Source of the DNA: a virus
DNA: 64,000 bases
Virus record (IMG/VR): IMGVR_UViG_3300033388_003553
Span: 7,434-71,433 of that record
Strand: one strand, 5' to 3'
Below, piece by piece: positions 19,462-29,011 of this stretch (position 1 is the stretch's first letter; each line of letters opens with the position of its first letter). A model generated the notes under the pieces. That model was not told the DNA's origin and searched no databases. It worked only from the letters and a program-made list of their open reading frames with translations. Position numbers and translations under genes: made by a program.

Positions 19462-19971
19462 ATGAAAACATTAATCAAAAAATTACTTAGAGAAGCACTA
19501 ACTAATGAATATAATATACCTACTTTAAGTTTAACAAAAGATATTAAAATATCTAATGAAGAAAAAGCGAAAGTCATGGGATTAAATTGGTCTGATATAA
19601 TTATTGACCAGAAAACTGAGTCATCACCCATACAGTTGAGTGTTAATGTACCTTGGGATTCAAACATATCGGAAGGTATTGCTGTAGATTTACAAATAAT
19701 TAATGATACATTATTTCAAATACACATATCATTAAGTGATGATTTACAAGGATTAGGTTTAGGGTACAAAATATATAAAGCATTAATTATGACTTATGGT
19801 CATTTATATTCTGGTAAAGGTAGGAGACAGAACACCACCCAAGTACCTAAGATATGGTCAAAATTAAATTCTGACTCAGAAATTACGTGTGCATCTAACG
19901 ATAATGGTGATATTTGTGTTTTGAATGCAAATCCAGATAGGGACACATTATTAGGTTATTTTAATAATTAA
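19462..19971 (+). CDS. GNAT-like acetyltransferase with MKTLIKKLLRE leader
   Basis: LQGLGLGYKIY (Q/RxxGxG motif A). Confidence 0.5.
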   Translation: MKTLIKKLLREALTNEYNIPTLSLTKDIKISNEEKAKVMGLNWSDIIIDQKTESSPIQLSVNVPWDSNISEGIAVDLQIINDTLFQIHISLSDDLQGLGLGYKIYKALIMTYGHLYSGKGRRQNTTQVPKIWSKLNSDSEITCASNDNGDICVLNANPDRDTLLGYFNN

Positions 19972-20021
19972 AAACTTTACTATTAATTATTTTAATAGTA
20001 TTTTTATAAAAAGTTATAAAT

Positions 20022-20978
20022 ATGGGAAATATTGAATTTCACCCGAATAGAGTTTCAAAAGAAGATAAAAATGAAAAACAAAATCATAAATCACCAGTAG
20101 TTTGGTTAACAGGACTCTCTGGGTCTGGTAAATCAACTATTGGTAATAGCTTAGAGCAAGCACTATTTGATAGAGGGATAAAAACACAAGTATTAGATGG
20201 GGATAACATCAGACTTGGACTAAACAAAGATTTAGGTTTTAATGATGAAGACCGTAAAGAAAACATGAGGAGAATATCAGAAGTGGCAAAATTATTCTCT
20301 GATTCTGGAACACTAACAATCGCTGCATTCATATCACCATTTAGAGAACAACGAGAAGAATGTAGAAAGATTATAGGTGAGAATGATTTCATAGAGGTAC
20401 ATATTAATACTGATTTAGATACTTGCGAACAACGAGACCCAAAAGGGTTATATAAAAAAGCTAGGGCTGGTGAAATTCCAAGGTTCACAGGTATTGACTC
20501 ACCATATGAAGAACCTTTAAATCCAGATTTAGTGATTGATAGTTCAAAAACACCATTAAATTTTTGTGTAGCTAAAATAATAATTTTATTGCAAGATAGG
20601 GGATTAATACCCATGGATATTGATGAATTGGATAAGTTAGATATAAGAAAAACAATTAGTGTTGATTTTGATGGTGTAATTCATGAGTATTCTAAAGGCT
20701 TTAAAGGGTTAGATAACGCATATGACCCACCAATGAAAGGTGCTAAAAAAGCCCTACAAGAATTATCTGATGGTGGTTATAATATTAAAATATTATCCAG
20801 CAGACCAAAAGAAATTATATATCCTTGGTTAAGAAAATATGGTATGGACCATTTAATTACAGAGGTTTCAAACCATAAATTTCCTGCAACGATATACATT
20901 GATGATAGAGGTTTTCATTTTAAAGATTGGAAAACTACGATGAAGGAATTATACAAACACCCAAAAATGAATAAGTAA
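20022..20978 (+). CDS. cysC: Adenylyl-sulfate kinase fused to a C-terminal HAD-like domain
   Basis: WLTGLSGSGKST, LDGDNIR, RDPKGLYKKARAGEI, FTGIDSPYE; C-terminal DFDGVI...YIDDR. Confidence 0.9.
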   Translation: MGNIEFHPNRVSKEDKNEKQNHKSPVVWLTGLSGSGKSTIGNSLEQALFDRGIKTQVLDGDNIRLGLNKDLGFNDEDRKENMRRISEVAKLFSDSGTLTIAAFISPFREQREECRKIIGENDFIEVHINTDLDTCEQRDPKGLYKKARAGEIPRFTGIDSPYEEPLNPDLVIDSSKTPLNFCVAKIIILLQDRGLIPMDIDELDKLDIRKTISVDFDGVIHEYSKGFKGLDNAYDPPMKGAKKALQELSDGGYNIKILSSRPKEIIYPWLRKYGMDHLITEVSNHKFPATIYIDDRGFHFKDWKTTMKELYKHPKMNK

Positions 20979-21442
20979 TGAGTTGGAAAAAGAAAAACCA
21001 TGGGGGGAATCCTACATCTAATAAGGATGTAAAAAGAGCAATATTCATAGGTAGGTTTCAACCTTACCATCAAGGTCACATATCATTAGTTCAACAAAAA
21101 CTAGATGAAGGTATCCCAGCACTTATATTAGTGAGGGATATTGAACCAGACGAAAAAAACCCATTTGAAACAAGTCAAACAGCACATATGATTCAAAAAT
21201 ACCATAAAGCTAAGGGTGATGATGTTAAGGTATTAATAATACCAGATATTGAATCCGTTAATTTTGGTAGAGGTGTTGGTTATGAAATAAATGAATTTAT
21301 CCCACCAGAAGACATATCATTTATATCTGCAACTAAAATAAGGGAATCTATTAAAGATAACAATGATGATTGGAGAGATTTGGTTGACGAATCTATACAA
21401 GGTGATGTTATCAAATATTTGAGTAAAAATGATAAATTATAA
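20978..21442 (+). CDS. Cytidylyltransferase-like (HxGH) nucleotidyltransferase
   Basis: GRFQPYHQGH; ISATKIR. Confidence 0.8.
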   Translation: MSWKKKNHGGNPTSNKDVKRAIFIGRFQPYHQGHISLVQQKLDEGIPALILVRDIEPDEKNPFETSQTAHMIQKYHKAKGDDVKVLIIPDIESVNFGRGVGYEINEFIPPEDISFISATKIRESIKDNNDDWRDLVDESIQGDVIKYLSKNDKL

Positions 21443-21480
21443 TCACACAAATATAAAGTTAAATTCATTTTATATAATAT

Positions 21481-21735
21481 ATGAAACCTAAGATAGATAA
21501 AAAAAGGCATTTACTCAAGGCAATTACTTGGAGAATTATCGCTAGTATTACTAGTTTTTTACTTGTGTGGATTGTAACTGGTAATATTAATGCAGGTTTA
21601 TCAATTGGGTTTGCCGATGTTGTTATTAAATTTATACTTTATTATCTACATGAGCGGGCTTGGTATAACTATGATTTTGGTATTCACCGTAAAAATATGA
21701 AAAAAAAACATAATATATTTGGTGAACACAAATAA
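21481..21735 (+). CDS. DUF2061 membrane protein
   Basis: RHLLKAITWR...YYLHERAW. Confidence 0.8.
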   Translation: MKPKIDKKRHLLKAITWRIIASITSFLLVWIVTGNINAGLSIGFADVVIKFILYYLHERAWYNYDFGIHRKNMKKKHNIFGEHK

Positions 21736-22644
21736 ATTATCTATATTTGCGTTAAACAAATAAAATATATTATGAGTAAATTTGCAAATAAGTTATCTGC
21801 ATCTAATAAAGATATTAGAGAAGACAGAGCAGAAATGTTATCACAAGAGGTGGCATTAGAGGTTTCAACTTTAGTTACTAAGTTAGAAAAAGAAAAATTA
21901 CAATTAAGAAATAAGATTAGTCGTTTAACGGATTTAGCACCAGATTCTAAGGATTCTTTGAGGCCAACATCTAACGATTTTTGTCCAGCTACTTGGGTAT
22001 CTGAATTACATAAAACCAATTTAGACCTTAAACTTAAAACTATTGAGTTAGATATTGCTAAAGATATTAATAAAGAATGGTTTAGTGAAGAAAATTAATA
22101 ATTATGAAGAAAATTTATTTAGCTAAATCAAACCAGACAAACCCAGACGAACTATTAGCTGTTAGAGCAAAACTAAAAGAATATAATTGTGAAATTGTTG
22201 AATATACTGGTGGTAGGTTTTCACACACACCTATGTTAGAATCAGATATACTACTGGTACTACCCAACCTTAAAAAATTTAACGACACTAATATTATAGG
22301 TAAGGGTTTATTTTCACAAATAGAAACATTTGATGACAACACCCAAAAACCAATGTTTGTTATTTTTAATATTGATACTGATGATGATTTAATTGAGATT
22401 GGTACTGTTGAGGAAATGGAAGTCCACGATTGCCTTGACTATATTGAATATGGTTCAGTATATATCGACCCATGTGGTCCAATGACTGATACTATTGAAG
22501 AGCTATTAGGTTTAGAGGTTGCAAACCACAAACCAGTTAGTACTAGTAAGTTAAACAAATATTTGTTAATTGGAAAATAATTTACAAAAAAGCTTGTAGG
22601 TTTAGAATATAAATTATAAGTTTGCTGTAAGAAAAAAAATAAAT

Positions 22645-23496
22645 ATGAATACAGAAATTAAAACGGAGTTACAGAAATCAACATTCGAGATTAACGGATT
22701 AAAAGTTAAGATTGCATTGGTAGATATAACACCAGAGGTGGCTGAGAGCTTACTATCAAAAAATTCAAACAACAGAACATTATCACCTAGTAATGTTAAA
22801 TTTTTAACTAACGAGATTTTAAATGGTAATTGGCAATTTGATGGTCAACCAATTAGAATTGATTATAATGGTAATTTATTAGATGGTCAACATCGGTTAA
22901 ATAGTATTATCAAGAGTGGTGAAATTATTAAGTGTTTTGTTATTTTTGGTTTAAGACCAGAAACATTTAAAGTAATGGATACTGGTAAAATTAGGACTGC
23001 ATCAGATGTTTTATCAATTGAGAAGATTAGTAACTCAAGTTATGTTGCTACTTCATTGAAATTACTAGATGCAATTAAAGCTGGTATTTATTCTGGTCAT
23101 AAGAGAAGAACATTATCGAACACTGAGGTCTTAGAGTATTATGAGAATAATATGGGGATTTCAAATAGTGTGAATTATGTTAAATCTGTTAGTCGTAATT
23201 TTAAATCGATTGTATCAGTTTCAATTTTAAGTACATTACATTATTTGTTTTCTGAGATTTCAGAATCAGATGCTAATGAATTCATTGGTAAGTTATGTAG
23301 TGGTTCTGGATTGAATGAGAATTCACCAATCTTAGTATTGAGAAACAAATTGATTAAAGCTAATTCTAGTGATAAGAATAAGTTGACTAAAAAAGACATT
23401 ATTGGGAATATCATTTTAGGTTGGAACAAGTACCGTGAAGGTGAAGAAATTAAAATGTTATCTTTGAAAAAAGATTTCGATTTTATTGCAAAATAA
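22645..23496 (+). CDS. ParB-like N-terminal domain protein
   Basis: ITPEVA...NNR...DGQHRL...DTGKIRT. Confidence 0.65.
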   Translation: MNTEIKTELQKSTFEINGLKVKIALVDITPEVAESLLSKNSNNRTLSPSNVKFLTNEILNGNWQFDGQPIRIDYNGNLLDGQHRLNSIIKSGEIIKCFVIFGLRPETFKVMDTGKIRTASDVLSIEKISNSSYVATSLKLLDAIKAGIYSGHKRRTLSNTEVLEYYENNMGISNSVNYVKSVSRNFKSIVSVSILSTLHYLFSEISESDANEFIGKLCSGSGLNENSPILVLRNKLIKANSSDKNKLTKKDIIGNIILGWNKYREGEEIKMLSLKKDFDFIAK

Positions 23497-23552
23497 GAAT
23501 TAATTTCGTAACTTTGCATTGTTAGAAATAACAAAACGTTTTTTGAAATATT

Positions 23553-23865
23553 GGAGAAATTAAATAAAATTGGTTGTACAAGGATAGAGTGGTGCTCGGT
23601 AGGTACAGTAACGAGGAAGGGACCAATATATGTGTTAGTCGATAGACTGGCGTAATATCTATTCATCCGTTATAGTTAACGGCAATACGGAAGGAAAGTT
23701 TTCGCAAACCTACTTAGCTTTTGTAATGTAAAAGCAACACGGAGAAAATCCAGAAGTAACTGGTAAATCGGGCAGCGTTAATCGCACGGAATTGCCCCGT
23801 AATTAAGGTGAACAAAAATCCGTTATACCTTAAGATTGTGAGTGAAAATCTTACTTTCTCCACTA
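23553..23865 (+). ncRNA. About 313-nt structured RNA with tRNA-like ends
   Basis: GGAGAAA/TTTCTCC-ACTA, T-arm-like GTGAG-TGAAAAT-CTTAC, own TAACTTTG promoter, no sense ORF. Confidence 0.5.
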
Positions 23866-23891
23866 AATAACGCAAACAAAAATTAATTAAT

Positions 23892-24500
23892 ATGGGTAGT
23901 TTAGGTTCATGGGATGCATCAGTATCCCTAAATATGAGGGTTGACCTTAAGAAAAGTAAGGAAAACAGTTTAGAGGATATTCAAAAGTTTATTAAAAAGA
24001 ATAAGCAACTTTTGGAAACCACTAAATCAATTGATAAATTAGTAAAAACCGATGTTTTGGTTGCTATTGAATTTTATGACGAAGATGATGATGAATTAGA
24101 TTACATTGAATTATCAAGCTTAGGTCTTAAAGATGTTTTAGCTAAACCATTTATTGAGGATAAAGAATACTCTAAACACGAGGAACTAGCAGAATTCGAT
24201 GGTGATTATTCTTCACCAGAAAATTGGTTGTATAAGGTTTTGGTTGATAGGTCACGATTAGAAACTAAACTTAAGTTTGTTAACTTAAAGAAATTAAAAG
24301 ACCACATATATGGTTGGGATGTTAATTCACCATATATTGTATTTGATAGTATGGAGTTAGCATCATGTGGTGATTATATTTATTGTGGAAACGATAATTC
24401 TAGTTCCGATACATTTAAGGTGACTAAAAAATTCATCGATAGTTTAAGCGTTGGTGATATTATTGTGTTAGAAGGGAATGGTGATGGAGAACATTGCTAA
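23892..24500 (+). CDS. Hypothetical acidic protein
   Basis: ORF track. Confidence 0.55.
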   Translation: MGSLGSWDASVSLNMRVDLKKSKENSLEDIQKFIKKNKQLLETTKSIDKLVKTDVLVAIEFYDEDDDELDYIELSSLGLKDVLAKPFIEDKEYSKHEELAEFDGDYSSPENWLYKVLVDRSRLETKLKFVNLKKLKDHIYGWDVNSPYIVFDSMELASCGDYIYCGNDNSSSDTFKVTKKFIDSLSVGDIIVLEGNGDGEHC

Positions 24501-24723
24501 ATAAAATATGGGGTGTAGTCAAATGTGGGCTATTGATGGAGCAATACCATCCACTTCCACTAGCAGTTGCTTGACTCCGTATAGTACAGCAACAACCATT
24601 GGGGTGTCGGAAGCTCATGAATGGTGGCAAAGGGTAAGGCTAAACCTTTAAGTTAGAGTGCCTAAAACAAAGGAAACGAAGTAGTATGGTGACATATTAT
24701 TGGTGCCGAATCTCTAACAACAC

Positions 24724-24888
24724 GGGGTTATCACACCTTCGGGGTCACATTGGAAAGTTACAACCAATACCCTTGGGTAATAACGGTAAGTCGGAAACAT
24801 ATTATAAGGTGTACGTTAAATGTACTAGTTACACGCTACTTGTAATGTAAGAATGATAATGTTAGTTCGAGTCTAACTAACCCCACTA
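24724..24888 (+). ncRNA. tRNA-like-ended multi-hairpin RNA
   Basis: GGGGTTA/TAACCCC-ACTA; GTTAG-TTCGAGT-CTAAC. Confidence 0.45.
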
Positions 24889-25800
24889 GTGGTAGTTTGA
24901 TTGGATGCTTGGGTCGCTCCTAATACACAATACCTTTATTGATTTTAGGTTTTGTTATGTATCTATTTTAATTACATTATAAATAATACTTAATATGGGG
25001 ATGGGGTTTACTTAAGTAAACCCCATTTATTTAAATATAAATTTTTTGTAGTTTTTTATTATCTAATATATTTATATATATATATGGAAATGAGTAACTT
25101 AATAACTAACACTGATGAAGAAGGTAGTAAACAGAAAGAAGATATCGACTTTAGTCCTAATGATAGCGATGTTTCTAAATCCACTAGGGTACGATGCACT
25201 GTTTTACATGGTGATGAAAGTTACGGGAAATTCTTATGGTCTTACCACAGGTATTTTTTACCTAGCATCTGCTTCATTATTTGGTCTATATTGTTACTTA
25301 CTTGAAATTACCCCATTTACTTGGGTCAACAAACAATTGGTTACATTAAAAAACAAATTTAAGAAATAAACCATCATAAGCTTGATTTATAAGGATAAAA
25401 TTTGTATATTATAAATTAGATTATGAAATTTGACTTTGATAAATATAAAAAACGTAGATTTCACGATAACGATGATATTGATAAAAAAATAAAGGTATTA
25501 TTTTTATACTATGATTATCAAGTAATCGATAAAAAACTAGGTTTAACACAACAATTAAGATTGTTAGATATTTGGGTGATTAAATTAATTCAATATGAGT
25601 TATATGAAGTAATACCAATGTTCAAACTAAGGCGTTCAGTTTTAATTAAACAAATTAATCGACTTAACCAAAGGGGAACACCAATATTAGGTAGTTTTTT
25701 AAGTAAATTAAAAAATATATGGGTTAGGTTTAAAAAAATAGTAAAAAAACCTATTAAAATAAAATAAAGCTGTATATTTGCACTAATAAAAACAATAATT

Positions 25801-26307
25801 ATGAGTAATAACTTTGACAATTTATCCGATGACTTCTTAAATGAAGGTGATAACAATAAAGGTGAAACAAATAAACCTAAAGACGAACCAACCAATAATA
25901 ATCCTAACTTTGAAGCTATATTTGATTTGGAAAATCTATCGGATGATTTATCTCCAGAAATATTAGATATTATCAAGGCAATTTCTGATATTAAAGAAAC
26001 TAACATTGATATTTCAGATAAATTAAACCTTGGTGAACCAGACGAACATGAAACCACCGATGAAGACGGTAATACAATTGATAGGAGTGTTTGGTATACG
26101 GATTTTGGTTCAGTTACAAGAATTTCATCAATGGATGAATTTCCAGAAATGGACCCAGAATTATTTATAGATTTTCTAGGAAATAAATTTGGTGGAACAC
26201 CAATTAACCAAAATATAACATTAGAAGAAAAATTAAAAATTGCAGAAGATAAGGAAGATTACTTAGAATGTGCAAGATTAAGGGATGAAATCTTAAAAAA
26301 AAAATAA
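25801..26307 (+). CDS. Acidic protein with C-terminal UVR (UvrB/C) motif
   Basis: LEEKLKIAEDKEDYLECARLRDEI. Confidence 0.6.
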   Translation: MSNNFDNLSDDFLNEGDNNKGETNKPKDEPTNNNPNFEAIFDLENLSDDLSPEILDIIKAISDIKETNIDISDKLNLGEPDEHETTDEDGNTIDRSVWYTDFGSVTRISSMDEFPEMDPELFIDFLGNKFGGTPINQNITLEEKLKIAEDKEDYLECARLRDEILKKK

Positions 26308-26470
26308 AACACCCTCAAACACAGACAATACGGGGGATTCATAAGTAAATTTTTAAAACAAAATAAAATAAATTAAAAAAAAATACAAAAAAAACTTGCT
26401 AATTGTAAATCTTTTTGTATATTTGTACTAGTTATTAAAAACAAGAGATTATTTCTCTAATAAAAAAAAA

Positions 26471-26572
26471 ATGAATTTAATAGGAATGACATATCAACCG
26501 AAAACGAAACAGCAAGGCGGGAAGCCTAGTAGAACGGGTATGTTATATCTAAAAAGTACTAATTGGGATTAA
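26471..26572 (+). CDS. Attenuator leader peptide of tRNA operon 3 (MNLIGMTYQPKTKQQGGKPSRTGMLYLKSTNWD)
   Basis: 33 codons; codons 7-19 are all T/Y/Q/P/K/G; antiterminator CGGGTATGTTA 26535-26545. Confidence 0.78.
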   Translation: MNLIGMTYQPKTKQQGGKPSRTGMLYLKSTNWD

Positions 26573-26594
26573 CCAATACGATACTTAAAATAAC

Positions 26595-26624
26595 AAACCC
26601 GACCACACTAGTCGGGTTTTTTTT
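26595..26624 (+). terminator. Intrinsic terminator (attenuator) of tRNA operon 3
   Basis: AAACCCGAC-CACACTA-GTCGGGTTT followed by a T tract. Confidence 0.85.
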
Positions 26625-26692
26625 GTGTCCATATTTTTTTAAACGGGACCTAAAATAAAGTTTAAAAGTTCTTTGACATCGTGGTGATAAAT

Positions 26693-26765
26693 AGCGCAGT
26701 AGCTTAATGGCTAGAGCACCTAGTTTGGGACTAGGGAAGTGTCAGTTCGAATCTGACTTGTGCTA
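26693..26765 (+). tRNA. tRNA-Pro(TGG)
   Basis: CCTAG-TT TGG GA-CTAGG. Confidence 0.85.
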
Positions 26766-26919
26766 CTATAAATACTAAGTGTTCTAACTAAGGTGAGTAT
26801 TAGTATTAATAACAAGTAACTGGGAAGTACAACCAATGAAAAGTATTATGAAAGTATAAACAGAATGAAGATATCGGGAGAGCCGAGGATATATGGTGCA
26901 AGCCCTATCTTAGTAAATT

Positions 26920-26993
26920 CGAGAAGTGACTAAGGATTTAAGCACGGGGGGTCTGGAGCCTTCTGTTAGTCGGTTCGATTCCGACCTTCTCGA
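26920..26993 (+). tRNA. Atypical tRNA-Pro(TGG)-like
   Basis: CGAGAAG/CTTCTCG-A, loop TC TGG AG, good T arm, poor D arm. Confidence 0.5.
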
Positions 26994-26999
26994 CTAAAT

Positions 27000-27099
27000 G
27001 CGGAAATAGTGTAATGATAGCACGGGGCTAGTTTAGGTCCAAGTGGGATTAGTCAAATAGTACTCAATGTGACTAATGGTTTGATTCCCCCTTTCCGCT
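27000..27099 (+). pseudogene. Degenerate Gly-type tRNA
   Basis: GCGGAAA/TTTCCGC-T with Gly-like D arm; anticodon and T arms disrupted. Confidence 0.4.
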
Positions 27100-27133
27100 C
27101 AATAATAACTAAGTAATATAAATTTAATAAATT

Positions 27134-27211
27134 CGGGATGTTATGCAGATGGCTATACAACGGTACCTTGGACGTATCGGTTCGCTGGTTCGAATCCAGC
27201 CATCCCGACCA
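27134..27211 (+). tRNA. tRNA-Pro(TGG)
   Basis: CGGGATG/CATCCCG-ACCA; CT TGG AC. Confidence 0.85.
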
Positions 27212-27271
27212 TAATATTATTACTAATATATAGATATGTTGATTATATTAATGTGTGTATAATTAGATTAT

Positions 27272-27358
27272 TTTGGGATATGCAAATTGGCGAAGCAGCT
27301 AGACTTTGAATCTAGTCAGATAAAGTTCACATTGTAGGTTCGAACCCTACTCCCAAAA
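27272..27358 (+). tRNA. tRNA-Gln(TTG), long variable region
   Basis: CTAGA-CT TTG AA-TCTAG. Confidence 0.8.
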
Positions 27359-27365
27359 CAAATAT

Positions 27366-27441
27366 TGCCTTGTCGTCTACGTGCTGGTTAGGACGCAAGT
27401 TTTTGACACTTGAAAAGAAGGTTCGACCCCTTCTGAGGCAA
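27366..27441 (+). tRNA. tRNA-Gln(TTG)
   Basis: CAAGT-TT TTG AC-ACTTG. Confidence 0.8.
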
Positions 27442-27806
27442 CAAAATTAAATTAATAAAACACTTGCTTTATTGGTTTATAGTAGTAATTTTGCAAAAAA
27501 AAAGAAAATGTTAAAAAAAGAAATAAAAGTATATGATACAACAACAACACCATTAGAAATAACACAACATGCGTTGGTTAACTTTCTGTATGGTTTTTTA
27601 AATGGTTTGGTTATTATAACAATGATAATTGGAAATCCATGGTTAATACTCACAGCATACTATGTATTAAAGCAAGTGGAGAGTAAAGTATTAAATAGAA
27701 ATAAATACACTAGTAAATTTGGGAAGAGGTTCTTATTTCCAATACCTAGTACGTTAGGATTCTTATTAGGTTGGTATTTAGGAACTTTCTTTAAATAAAG
27801 AAACGA

Positions 27807-27878
27807 TTGTGATGAAGTGTAATGGTTGCACGGGTGGCGTTGGGCTGCCAAGATTTGGTTCGAATCCAAACTCACAAC
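27807..27878 (+). tRNA. Atypical tRNA-Gln(TTG)-like
   Basis: GGTGG-CG TTG GG-CTGCC; TTTGG-TTCGAAT-CCAAA. Confidence 0.5.
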
Positions 27879-27961
27879 TAGATAATAATTTAAAGAATGG
27901 TTACAGCAAAGTTAAAAAAGTTCAATTTTTGTTTGAAAACAACCACACCATTCTGTTATTT

Positions 27962-28043
27962 GGGTGTATTGAGCAATTGGCTGCTCAACAGACTGTAAAT
28001 CTGTCGTCTTCGGACATTGGGGGTTCGAACCCCTCTACACCCA
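27962..28043 (+). tRNA. tRNA-Tyr(GTA)
   Basis: ACAGA-CT GTA AA-TCTGT; long variable arm. Confidence 0.9.
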
Positions 28044-28048
28044 CACAA

Positions 28049-28224
28049 TTTGGTTAGCACTATACAAAATGAACTAGGAAGTGCAACTGGGGATGTTGTA
28101 GATACGGTAGGCTACACCAGACTGTAAATCTGGACCTTTAATTAGGCGTTGTGGGTTCGAATCCCTCCAGCCCCACATTTGACATTTTTGGTTAGCACTA
28201 GACAAAATGAACTAGGAAGTGCAA
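28049..28224 (+). repeat. 38-nt direct repeat (28049-28086 and 28187-28224) following each tRNA-Tyr
   Basis: TTTGGTTAGCACTA(T/G)ACAAAATGAACTAGGAAGTGCAA, one mismatch. Confidence 0.85.
28089..28175 (+). tRNA. tRNA-Tyr(GTA)
   Basis: CCAGA-CT GTA AA-TCTGG. Confidence 0.85.
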
Positions 28225-28227
28225 TTT

Positions 28228-28301
28228 GGCTCCATAGTTTAATTGGCTTAAAACACTAGACTTGTAATCTTGAGACCTCAGTTCGATTCTGAGTGGAGCC
28301 T
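28228..28301 (+). tRNA. tRNA-Thr(TGT)
   Basis: GGCTCCA/TGGAGCC; CT TGT AA. Confidence 0.85.
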
Positions 28302-28428
28302 CAACAAAAATATACTGGGTTTTGACACCATTTTACCGTTAGGAAACGGGACATAAAGGGATTTAAAAAGTCCTGTCCCCGAAACAGAATAATAAATAGG
28401 TGTGACGGATGCCGAGAGAGGCATATTT

Positions 28429-28499
28429 GCATCATAAGTGTTACGATAGCATATGGGCTTTCCACGTCCAAGGCGAGGGTTTGACTCCCTCATGGTGCA
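28429..28499 (+). tRNA. tRNA-Gly(TCC)
   Basis: TGGGC-TT TCC AC-GTCCA. Confidence 0.75.
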
Positions 28500-28538
28500 C
28501 AACTTAGTTTATCAGTTCTAAAATTAAAAACTGATAAT

Positions 28539-28611
28539 GCGACAGTAGCTCAAAGGTTAGAGCACCATATTACCAATATGGGGGTTGAGATTTCGAAATT
28601 CTTCTGTCGCT
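28539..28611 (+). tRNA. tRNA-Gly(ACC), rare A34 anticodon
   Basis: GCGACAG/CTGTCGC-T; CCATA-TT ACC AA-TATGG. Confidence 0.7.
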
Positions 28612-29011
28612 CAAATATGAGTATGCTTACTCTTGTAGTGAAAGGGTAGCCCCACGTAAGGGGTGTGCTAAAAAAGCTAAGGACTGAAAAACAAAAATCT
28701 ACTGAGTACGTATTAAGTAGTTTGGAGTGAAATAGGTGACGGTTCCGATGTAAATCGGGTCTTGAGGTGCGAATCCCCACATACTCACTAAATATCCATA
28801 ACAAGTCGGTTAATGTGTGACACTAGGTTGGTAAATAAATCTAGTGTTACAGGATTTAATACTATGGGGTTCGACTCCCCGAATGAACACGAAAATAAAA
28901 TCATAAATAATTAAAAATAAAAACGATGAAAAATTTATTGAAACTTAAACACAAAAGTAAACAGTAAAGCATTCGGCTCAAAAGAGTTACGGGTGCTAAT
29001 AATAAAATTAT

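Noticed and set aside
23553-23865. Firm call as RNase P RNA or canonical tmRNA
   Set aside because: The P4 helix could not be built; no G3-U70 pair or clear tag reading frame
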